This document shows positions 53,273 to 64,000 of a DNA stretch of 64,000 nt, piece after piece (position 1 is the first letter of the stretch; each line of letters opens with the position of its first letter). Under the pieces are notes generated by a model that had not been told where the DNA came from, searched no databases, and saw only the letters and a list, made by a program, of their open reading frames with translations. The translations under genes and the position numbers were made by a program. Location of the stretch: NCBI RefSeq assembly GCF_006345805.1, contig NC_043000.1, positions 77,128,001-77,192,000 on the forward strand, given 5' to 3'. Source of the stretch: Octopus sinensis. Lineage: Eukaryota.

Positions 53273-53855
53273 ATAGGAAAATGTGTTGTTGAAACTGCAC
53301 CTAAATTTCAAAAACTCGTAAAAGTTTAAAATGCGAAAAAAAAACATCTTTAAAAGTTTCAATGTTGACAAATTAAAATGTTTCAATGTTGACTAATTTA
53401 AAAAAAAAAAAATTATAAATTCATCTGATCCCAAAGCATACTACAACAAGCGAAACCGTCTATTAGAAGAGGATCAGAAAAACTGTAAACCAAGTTCCCA
53501 TTTTTTTACTATTTTCATTTCACACTTGTTTTTTTTCAGTATGACTTGTCGACCACCACTAAAATTAATGAACTTTGTACATTCAAGTAAATTGATATAC
53601 AGTTTTAATTTTATTGACTGCTATGAACATTCAAACTTACACTTTCTGTTTTGAACAAGTTAATTTATCAACATTGAAACATTTTAATTTATCAACATTG
53701 AAACTTTTAAAGATGTTTTTCCTAATTTTAAACTTTTACCATTGCTAAACAAAAAATATTGTAGAAACTAGTTTGGTATATATGTAAGTAAATGTATTTT
53801 AAACATTTATGAGATTTTGAAATTTAAGTGCATTTTCAACAACACATTTTCATAT
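53273..53855. mobile_element. foldback/MITE with about 130-bp imperfect TIRs
   Basis: aaaatgtgttgttgaaactgcac...aatgttgac is complementary to tcaacattgaaac...gtgcattttcaacaacacatttt. Confidence 0.7.
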
Positions 53856-54285
53856 ATATATATTCTTTTATTCTTCTACTTGTTTGCCATTTGACTAGGG
53901 ACATGCTGAAGCACCACCTTTAGTCGAGCAAATCGACCCCAGGACTTATTCTGTGTAAGTTTAGTACTTATTCTATCGGTCACTTTTGCCGAACTGCTAA
54001 GTTACAGGGACGTAAACGCATCTGCATCGGTTGTCAAGCGATATTGGGGAGGACAAACATATACATACACGTGGCTGTGTGGAGGGGCAGGAGTCCCCCT
54101 AACATCGCTTGACAACCAAAGCTGGTGTGTTTTCGTCTCCGTAACTCAGCGGTTCGGCAATAGAAACCGATAGAATAAGTACTAGGCTTGCAAAGAATAA
54201 GTCCTGGAGTCGATTTGCTCGACTAAAGGCGGTGCTCCAGCATGGCCGCGGTCAAATGACTAAAACAAATAAAAGAATATATATG

Positions 54286-54352
<67 letters not shown>

Positions 54353-54441
54353 CATGTGTAACTCGTAAACACCAGTCGTTTTTTTTCTCTATCCCTGTTG
54401 CCCGCTTTGGGATCTTTCTTTCCTCTCTCTTCCTTCTTTAT

Positions 54442-54476
54442 GTTTCCGACGAAGAGCTCCGCTCGAAACGTCATAC
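54442..54476 (+). ncRNA. degenerate hammerhead-like motif
   Basis: GUUU-CCGACGA-A-GAGC(UCC)GCUC-GAAA-C-GUC-AUAC; U4C change and a stem I mismatch. Confidence 0.5.
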
Positions 54477-55236
54477 CTTCCTGCTTCCATTTCCTGAGCG
54501 CCTATTAATAATAATACTGTATCTGTTCCATTGTTGTTGTTTTTTTGTTTTCCCGTTCGGATTAAAATTATATATATATATATATATATACAAATTGAGA
54601 TAGGGGTTGTAAATGCAACCCTCTATGGGATAACGTATATCCAATATACTGCTAGTGAAGTACCCAACAAAGTTAATACATAAATATTAATGATTGCGAT
54701 GCAATCAATTCATTTACTGTATTATATGGGCAAAGGTAAAAAGATTTACCACAAATTACTAATACAAGATGACGAGCTTCTTAGAGTTTCCGTCTACCAA
54801 ATCCAGCAATAAAGCTTTGGTCGGCCCGTGGCTATTGTAGAAGACACTTGCCCAAAATACCATATGTATATATATATATATGACAAGAAGAAAATGGAGG
54901 GAATCGAGAGGTAATATTCATAATGTCTAACAGGTGGTGAATACTACCTCTGGCTTCCCTCCATTTTCTTCTTGCCATATAAATTAATGGTAAAAACCAC
55001 TTATTACCCTCGCTTAATTATTATACCCAGTAGAGTAAATGCCACGTAATAACTAACACTTGTGTATTAATTAGGTATTCTACCAGCAGTATATTGGGTA
55101 GATACTATCCCTTGCTTGGATTCACAACCTATAACTATATATAGGGGGAGAGTTCACGAAAAAAACAAAAGACGAAGACAGGTGGTGTATAAAACAAACA
55201 GATGTATTAGTATAACGCTCAGGAATAGAAAAAAGT

Positions 55237-55272
55237 CTTTTACGTTTCGAGCCTACGCTTTTCTACAGAAAG
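55237..55272 (-). ncRNA. hammerhead-like motif with non-canonical CUGUAGA core
   Basis: CUUU-CUGUAGA-A-AAGC(GUAG)GCUC-GAAA-C-GUA-AAAG; stem I perfect, A6 replaced by U. Confidence 0.55.
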
Positions 55273-55830
55273 GAACATAGAAAACAAGGAGACAAAAAAA
55301 TGTGTGTAGTGGCTAACGATCTATCATAGCGACTGCCGGACAGAAGGGTCACAAAGGAGAACGAAGAAGTAGGGGAGATAACAAAGTAAAGGTGATCCCC
55401 AAAACGAAGGTGCGTGTGTGTATAAGAGAGTACGTATGTGCGTGTGAAAGAGGGCTGGTGGTCTTGATGTGTGCGTGTGTATATGTGTAGGTGTGAAAAT
55501 GTGGAGATGGGAATTGGTCAGTGCTGGTGTGTGGGTGGTGTGTTGTGATGTGATGTGTAGTGTGGTATAGTGTAGTGTGGAGTGGTGTAGTGTGGTGTGG
55601 TGTGGTGTGATGTTGTTGGGAGGTGGGGTAGGCGAGAGTGGGGAAAGCACGGGTGGGGTGTGGGTTAGGCTGACAGTTGGGGTATGTGGGTAGGCAGAGG
55701 GTGGGGTATGTGGAAGAAGGTGTAAGGGATAGGATGGGTTGGGATAGGAGGGTTGGGGAAGGTGGAGTAAGATTGTGTAGGGGTGGGGAGGGTTGACGAT
55801 GAAGGGGAAGGGGAGGATGGGTATGTGAGA

Positions 55831-55868
<38 letters not shown>

Positions 55869-56092
55869 TTTTTATTGTGCGTTCTCGCTACCGTTTGTAT
55901 GTGACGAAATGTATATACGTACAAAATTATTGTCTGTATACTTATACACATATTTCTACTCGTGCATAATATAGCATGAAAACGTATATACACGCCCACT
56001 CCAAACTCACACACACATACACACACGCATATATGTAGACACGTACACACGCACTAATATATCAGTATGAGTTATTTGTTTGAGGGTGGGGC

Positions 56093-56124
<32 letters not shown>

Positions 56125-56759
56125 GGAGAGGGAGAGGGAGAGAGAGATGTGAGACGAGAGTGGTGAAATAACCCAGATTATATTTGTAAAATGACACAAC
56201 ACAACATTAATATAAATCAATTCTATGGAGAATAGTCTGAATGAATGGCTATGGAGTCTGAATGAGGACAGCTTTAGGAGGGACATGGGGAGTGGAGGAT
56301 GGTTAGTTCATCGAGTGGATATTAGTTCATTTAGTGATGGTCATTTATTTGATTGGAGGACTGTTCATAGCCTGGGGGATGGTTCATTGAGAGGAAGTTG
56401 GTTCACTGAGAGAAGTCTGGCTCATGGAATGAAAGCTAGTTCACTGAATTCTAATGGAGTGTTCCTGCATCACATGACCGAATTATCTCCTCACTCTGAA
56501 ATATGTTCTGAAAACTGGAATATGTCTTAAGGCTTAAGTATATCCAAAGACTGGCACATGTCCTAAAACTACGACTCTGGGTGAAATAAATGTGTCCTAA
56601 GACTGATGTATGTTTTGAAATCGAAGTTTATCCTAAGAGTGAAGTAATCTCTAACTGAAACATGTTCTTACACTGAAGAATATTTAACCCATTAAACCAG
56701 CCATAACTGGCCTAGATATTTTACCTGTTTTCTGTTCAAACCAGTTAGAGCTGGCTTCT

Positions 56760-57680
56760 CACACAAACCCTATAATGTCTTTCCAAAAAGAAGCAATCAT
56801 ATCATCTGAACAGCTCTCAACAATCTACCATTTACTCCATACAACCGCAACACCTGCCACATTACATCCCTATCCACTCGGTCATATGCCTTCTCTGGGT
56901 ACATAAAGGCTCAATGCACCTCCCTTCCTTTTGCCGAAAATTTCTCACAAATATTTGATTTGTATACCCTCTTCCACTCCTAAAACCACACTGCCCCTCC
57001 CCTAGTACACTCTCTGTCTGGTTCCTCACCCTAACAACCATAATTCTCCCATATAGTTTACTAACCACACACAACAGACTTATACCCCTGAAGTTTCCAC
57101 ACACACATTTATCCCCTTTCCCTTTGTACAGCGACACTATACAGGCACTACACCAGTCCTTTGGTACTCTTCCAACCAAATAACAAACGTTCATAAGCCT
57201 CACTAACCATTCAGTCTCTGACACTCCTCCTTTCTTTAGGAATTTCACTGTACACCCATCTATACATGGCGCCTTCCTGTTTGCCATCTTCCGCAAGGAT
57301 TCCCCCACCTTGTCTCTTCCGATTGCACCGTAGTTCCATTTCCCAACAACAAGCATTCTCCTTTCTCCTCCTACAGCCACTATACTTGCCTCCCTAACAT
57401 CCTCCACATTTAACAGCTCATTAAAATACTCTGCCCTTCTCCTTCGTACATCCTCATTTCCTTTCAACAAATTTCCATTTACATCCTTCACCCATTTTTC
57501 CATTCCATCGACCACCTTTCTTACCCTCTGTACCGCTTTCCAAAACATCTTTTTATTACAAAATTTTCACTCAACTTTTTCTCGAACCTTTCAATCGCCT
57601 CCCATTTCGCCACCCTCACCACTCATTTTACTCTCCTCTTGATTGTAGCGGTTGAATACTTCTTTGGATTTCACCAGGTT
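56760..57680 (-). mobile_element. RTE-clade LINE fragment (RT N-terminal region)
   Basis: KAPCIDG, VPKDW, IVSLYKGKGD, NFRGISLLCVVSKLY, QCGFRSGRG. Confidence 0.9.
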
Positions 57681-57689
57681 CAACATGGC

Positions 57690-58290
57690 TAAAAAAGAAG
57701 ATTGGTTTCTCGAGTCACTGCAGTAGTTGTTTCACTGCTGAATGCGACCGCAAATAATTTTATTATTACAATTGTTTTTTCGGCTTGATTTTTTGTTCCC
57801 CGGTTTATGTGGAGGAGAGGAACCTTTTTTGCCGTAGGAGGCGATACAGTTACTGTGGTAATTGAACTTTGTAGAGTTGGAATAAGGAGCAGGTTTGGCG
57901 TAGTTGCATCTGTTGGGGGGAGCACTTACAATATTACCACTTTTCTTAGTGCCACTATATTTACTAACGAATCGTCTAGTTCCCGGTAGGTAGGTAAAAG
58001 GGCAGCTTTGTTGCAAACATATTCTCTCATGAAGAGAATAGCGGCAGATATTGGGATTCCGTTTTGTTTGTGTAAGAGGAGTTTGATGTGGTTGTCTGTT
58101 CATGGATGTTCCATAGTTGATGCGTCTAGTTCCTGGGAAGTGAGATCCTCTCATGGAGGGAATAACGGCAGATTTTGGGGTTCCATTTTGTTCGTGAGGG
58201 TGGGATATGTGGCAATTATTTGTTTACGGGAAATTTAGAGGTGAATGATTCAGGGAATGATGTGGTAAGGGTTGTTCTTGGTTGGGCTGA
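57690..58290 (-). mobile_element. probable LINE ORF1 fragment with CCCH-like zinc fingers
   Basis: NICRYSLHERICLQQSCPFTYLPGT and a partly duplicated HFPGTRR motif. Confidence 0.4.
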
Positions 58291-58733
58291 GATGTTAGTC
58301 ATCCTATTGCCGGGTTATAACGGAGGACTGGTAAGGATTGTGGTGGTGGAGACAGTAGTAGTAGCTGATGATTATGATGGTGACGGCCACGGCGCTGGCA
58401 TCGACAATAATGGCGGTGGTGCTGCTGGTTGTGCCGATGGCGATGGCACAAGTAAATCTCGTGGTTTGAAGAATCAACACAATGTGCGGTTGTCATGGTA
58501 ATAAGCTGTTAATGCCTCGTTGTTTGTTGATTGACTAAAATTACCTAAATTTCCCAACTTTAATTCCAAATAACATCAGATTCTTTAATTTACGAAACAA
58601 AGTAATTGGTTGATCGTAATCAAAATTCAGAGTTGCATCGATACACCAAAGTTGAAAGCAATCTGAACAAAATAAAAGGGGTCTCATTTTGTGAGTGTAT
58701 AAGACTAGATCCCACCTCCCACTCTCACACACA

Positions 58734-58869
<136 letters not shown>

Positions 58870-58955
58870 TTGGTTTAAACGAGTCGTCGTTTGACAGCAT
58901 TATCGTGTTGCCATGCAAAAAGTTGAATTTTGATAATGATAAATAATCAGTTTCT

Positions 58956-58997
<42 letters not shown>

Positions 58998-59038
58998 TAC
59001 TACTACAACCACCACCACCACCACCACCACCACTGCTG

Positions 59039-59074
<36 letters not shown>

Positions 59075-59870
59075 TTACTACTGAATAATTCAATGCAGTT
59101 TTGAAACTATCTAAAATCCACGATCCTACTGTTAACTGCAAAAGCAGTCATTTGTAACTATTTTACACAAACTCATCTTAATGTGGAAGACAGTGGTAAA
59201 ATCATTAGAAGGGACCCAAGCTCTGGCGCATCAGATGGAGAAAACGGGTATAGAATTTGTCACAACGACGTTCTATGACTCCATTTCTTGTAGAGTCAAA
59301 ACATGACAAAACAAACGGCCAAACGCATGTAAAGCTTTCTATGAAATAACTGGAGAATTTAAGAGACAAACGTTCATAGGAAGGTAGAAGGAAAGAGAAA
59401 GTCATATGGAAGAAAGGTGAGAAAGAGAGAGAAAAAGAGAGAGGGAGAGCATGACATGTGTGATCTGGAAGATAAATTACTATTTGTACCCCAGAAACTT
59501 TTGCAGTGGTCCCTTATTAGCCACAGCGCTTCGATTCAGAAATCGGAATAAAGCATTTAGAAGATAAAATGCACAGCAAAAACCGAAATAAACAACAAAA
59601 ACTAAACAGGAATATAAACGTATAAACGTTCAGAAAGTAGACTACGACCATAGAACTAATATGTGTTCAACGAAGTAGATAACAAAAAATAATTAAACAT
59701 ATCCCTAGAAAACCTACAGAGTAATTATTCATGAAAACTGAATCAGAACAATAAAGCAGACAAACACACACATGCACACGTGCGCGCACATGCACATATA
59801 CGCGCGCGCGCACACACACAAGATACTGAGAATTTGAGGAAGATTTAAAAGAAATTTCAACGATGGAAAT

Positions 59871-59913
<43 letters not shown>

Positions 59914-59946
59914 TAATAATAATGATAATAATAATAATAATAATCA

Positions 59947-59978
<32 letters not shown>

Positions 59979-60104
59979 AGAGAAGAAGAAGAAGAAGAAG
60001 AAGAAGAAGAAGAAGAAAAGAAGAAGAGAAGAAGAAGAAGAAGAAGAGAAGAAGAAGAAGAAGAAGAAGAAGAAGAAGAAGAAGAAGAGAAGAAGAAGAA
60101 GAAG

Positions 60105-60995
60105 AAGAAAGGCCCATCATTAAACCATCTTCTGTTTATGGAAATTGTTTGGGAAATTTGAAAAACAGATAGATTCCTTAACCAAAACAGCCCAGAAGTG
60201 TGGTAGGAACATCGGTATGGAATTTGGGATTACCAAATGCTCAGTACTTAATATGAAAAGAGGGAAGAAAGCAGCGTACGGAGGATTGCGGTTCCCATCA
60301 GGAGGGACCATGGGTGAACCCGATGGTAGTGGCTATAGATATTTTGAGATTTTGGAGCTGGGTGACATTCTACATAAAGAAATGATAGTCAAGGTCAGCG
60401 AGGCGTATCAAAAAAGGTTGAAGATGGTGTTGAAATCCAACCTGAATACCAAAAATTTGATTACCGCAATGAATGTCTGGGCAGTAGCAGTGGTCAGATA
60501 TATTGTACTAAGGAGGAAATATCAACACTGGATAGAAGGACGAGAGAGTTGATGACGCTGCATGGGGCGCTACACCCCAAAGCAAACGTAAGCAGACTGT
60601 ATATGAAAAGAAAGAATGGTGGCAGAGGACTAATTAGTATAGACCATTGTATAAGGAGTGAAAGGAGAACGCTTGCCGAGTAGTTGATAAATAGTGATGA
60701 AGACCTGCAGCGATATGCTGCGAAAGATATGGGTGTAAGTGCAGATGAAATGATGGGCAAGTAGGAGTTTAATCAAAGAGCCGAGGAGAAGAGAAAAAAA
60801 TGACCATGAAATGAGAATGCATGGGCAGTTTCAAAGGAATACACAGGACGTTAAGGAAAATACAGCATCATGGGCATGGCTTGAGCGAGGTGATTTCAAG
60901 CGTACCACAGAAAGCCTGATATTCGCTGCACAAGACCTGGCTCTCGCTTCCAATTCAGTGAAGTATAACATCTATAAAACCTCTGACACCCAGAA
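60105..60995 (+). mobile_element. R4/Dong-clade LINE fragment
   Basis: LNHLLFM, IGMEFGITKCSVL, RLKMVLKSNLN, MHGQF, TESLIFAAQDLAL; preceded by (AAT)n and (GAA)n. Confidence 0.9.
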
Positions 60996-61854
60996 ATGCG
61001 CTGTTGAAGTGTTAAGTGAAATTTAGCAACGGAGGATTAAATCCACGCTATGCCTGCATGAAGCCACTACAAATATGTTGTGGAATAAGGAAATAAAAAA
61101 ATTTATCTAGTTACATGGAAAAAGTGTAGCTGTAAAAATCCAGAATTATTGGAATAATGGGCATTCAAAAAAGTACGTATGTATAGAAATATATGAATGA
61201 AGTCTTTAATGTTTAAGATTCAAATGAAGGAAGTGCAATAATAATGTTTAGCAGTTCAAAACTGTGAGTACTGAAATGCAGAATTAGGTTGGCTGATCGT
61301 GAGAATCAAATATCAGCGCTTCGTTAAAATTTGCAGGTGGTATGGGTTATTTCTCTTGGGCTGTTTAAATAAAATATTAGTAATATGTTGTAGATAGAGG
61401 GATCCATTGGAAGGGCCTTATCGATTTTTTTCAACAATCTAAGTATGTCACGAGGTTTCCAGACATGAGTTCTACTCACCTGTCAAATAAAGTATAAAAG
61501 TGATATTGCCTGCAAAAATTAGAAATAGGACACACAAAAAATCAGTATTCAAAGTAATCGAACATAAACAATGAAATAGGTTATTTCCCTTGAGTGTTAA
61601 AAAAATATTGTACAGATGCTATGGGTTATTTCCCTTGGGTTTAAAAAAATAGTTGTATGAGGTAGATATAAAGGTCCCTTCCATGGGCCGTATTATCGAT
61701 TTTCTCAACAATCTAAGTATGTCATGAGGTTTTCAGACATAAGTTCTACTCACATGGCAAGTTTTATCAAAATCAATAAAACGATGTAGGAGGAGTTAGT
61801 TAACAACGCCACAAGCAAACACACCGATTTTCCACATAAAGAAGAAACAATTAA

Positions 61855-62225
61855 CAACATTGTCTTTGGCTTCCCAGTGTTAGTCACGAAAGTATGCAAT
61901 TACAAATATGATAGAGTTGGGACTTACATACACTGGCAGTTACATCAGCATTATGAAATAGCAACAGAAAGGGTTAGGTATAAGCGCATATATCAGAAGA
62001 GAATGACATAGTGGCCATATTCTGGGACACGTCAATACACACAAACAGAAAGATCAAGGATAATCTCCCTCATATTGTTGTAAAAAGGCGTCTTGATGGA
62101 AGTCCTTTAAAAAAATGGAAAAATTACCCAGATCAAGAGATCTGTAAATGAGGTAAGCAGAGTTTGGAACTCAAACAGAAGCAGTTCCTAAAGTGATAGA
62201 TACTTGGGAATTATTAACAAAACAT
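61855..62225 (+). mobile_element. R4-clade LINE 3' fragment (zinc finger/RLE region)
   Basis: HIVFGFPVL...DRVGTYIHWQL...WDTSIHTNRKIK...PHIVVK. Confidence 0.7.
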
Positions 62226-62266
62226 GCAGACCAAAGTGCTAGAATTCACATGAGCGTACGCGCGCG

Positions 62267-62297
<31 letters not shown>

Positions 62298-63073
62298 ATG
62301 CGCGCACGCACAAACACACACAGTATCCATTTAATAGCTCTGACTCGCACTGTATACGCATATTATGTACAGTAAGCTGTTAGACACGAACACAACATCT
62401 ATAAAGTAGCACCACTAGATACGAAACATATACAACAAAGTATCTTAGCATAAATGACCTTATTACCTACACACACAATATCCCAAGTAAAAATAAAATA
62501 GATAACACTACTTGGCACCATACACATAATACGTAGACAATGTCCTGTATAATAGTGAAAGCAAAACCATATAAAATACTGCACATATTCAGAGCACGCA
62601 GTTTTGTGTTTGGTGGTATAGTAAAAATAAGCAAGAAATAAAAATAGTGACAGGATTATTTATTGTCACCATCGGACTATTCATGCATAAAATAAAACGT
62701 ATATTAAATACGTAAAGTGAGGGGAGGGATAAAGATATTATACAATATATCATGATATATCAAACATTTTGAAGCAACATAAAAAAATTACACGATTAAG
62801 ATATGATTAAGTAAAAAGACAGATGCACAGTAAAAAGTCAAAAACACACAACCTCTTGAGTCAGAGCAGAGTTCTACATAACTCTCCCTAGCTTTTCGAA
62901 ATGGTGTGAATATTTCTTGTTAAAGACGCTTATGAATATTTCGATAGTGGAAGTGGGTAGGAGAGAGGTCCACATCTTCCAGAAAGCAGTAGTCTATTCT
63001 TTATGTGATGCTTATTTTCTGTGTTCATCTTTACACAAACCAGTACCTTCTCATTTGCCTTTTCCTCTTGCAG

Positions 63074-63145
63074 GTTATTCAGCAGGTCCATTAAATCCTT
63101 GCTTGATATTTTCACCACTTACACATGAAGTCTTTGAAGATGTTG
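63074..63145 (+). other. isolated 72-nt exon candidate
   Basis: Strong acceptor atttgccttttcctcttgcag, weak donor GTATAC, open phase 1-1 frame (GYSAGPLNPCLIFSPLTHEVFEDV). Confidence 0.2.
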
Positions 63146-64000
63146 GTATACGATGAGAACCAATTGAATGGGATATAAAATATTGTAACATTACATTACA
63201 TTCTATCATATACATAGTATTTCTTTCTTGTTATTGTTGTTGTTATAGTTTTATTCTTCTTGTTGTCGCTGCAGTTTAAGTTGTTGCTTGTAGCATTGGT
63301 GTTTATCATGGATTTTCCTCGTGTGGAAAATATATGTTAGGAATAAATTGTTTGCCTTATTTTACTTATTTTTTACTCATTTTTACTTATTTTACTCATG
63401 TTTTTCTCTTTTCATTCAGAGGGTAAATCTCTATCTTCGATTGTTCTGCATGCCTTCTATTTGGGTATAATCTTCACTTTTTAGCTATTTCCCTTGTGTC
63501 TGTCTCTACTGTTCTTAACGGCTTGTCATCTTTCTTTACTCTTCATTTTGTTTCCATCATTGTAGTATTACGGAGAAGGGATCCTCAGCTTTCTGGTCAT
63601 CAGTTTTGTAACTCGGGACGAGTTACAAAACTGGGTAGTTTGGCCTGCTTCTTCACATTGTCTTCAATTTAAAAACTCCAGATACACGGTTCAGTAACTT
63701 TTCATTCCATACATCAAGAAGAGCGTTTTATTCTGAGTGCATGAGGAAGACTGTTCTGTTTTTGGCGATGCATAGACTGATAAATTTTCTTTTCCCTCGC
63801 TCTTGCATAAAGCACTCTATTTGTCTTGGTTATAAATATCCGTCAAGCAGATCTCTTCTCGCCCAGTTGATTCAGGTTTAAAATTTTCCTGTTTTGAGTG
63901 CACTGGCGAATGAGAAACTTATATTTTCTTGATTCACACTGTTCCCACATTTTTTCTAATGGGTATTTTGTTAATTTGGCAAAGAATATATTCATATATG

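Noticed and set aside
56220-56700. Degenerate roughly 20-bp periodicity (actg...atgt.cta)
   Set aside because: Too weak to define a unit by eye; needs Tandem Repeats Finder.
63560-64000. Possible coding exon or pseudogene on the minus strand
   Set aside because: All frames interrupted by stops and no recognisable domain.

Overview
Eukaryotic, AT-rich, microsatellite-dense intronic or intergenic DNA. From memory, the SINE families and repeat landscape look like an octopus genome; this was not checked against a database. No intact protein-coding gene, rRNA, tRNA or CRISPR array is supportable, and most supplied ORFs are microsatellite translations. The window is a mosaic of decayed mobile elements: Tx1/L1-type, R4/Dong-type and RTE-type LINEs; two related solo LTRs with ATAT flanks; hAT, pogo and mariner transposase remnants; MITEs and foldbacks; a Helentron-like element; many tRNA-derived SINEs. 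The most striking unannotated signal is a dispersed set of at least eight minimal type-I hammerhead-ribozyme-like motifs from several sequence families, of the kind known from Penelope-like element termini. One sits in a perfect 132-bp palindrome that encodes the same motif on both strands. A few weak splice-bounded exon candidates are also noted. All alignments and folds were done by eye, and element boundaries are approximate unless termini are quoted.
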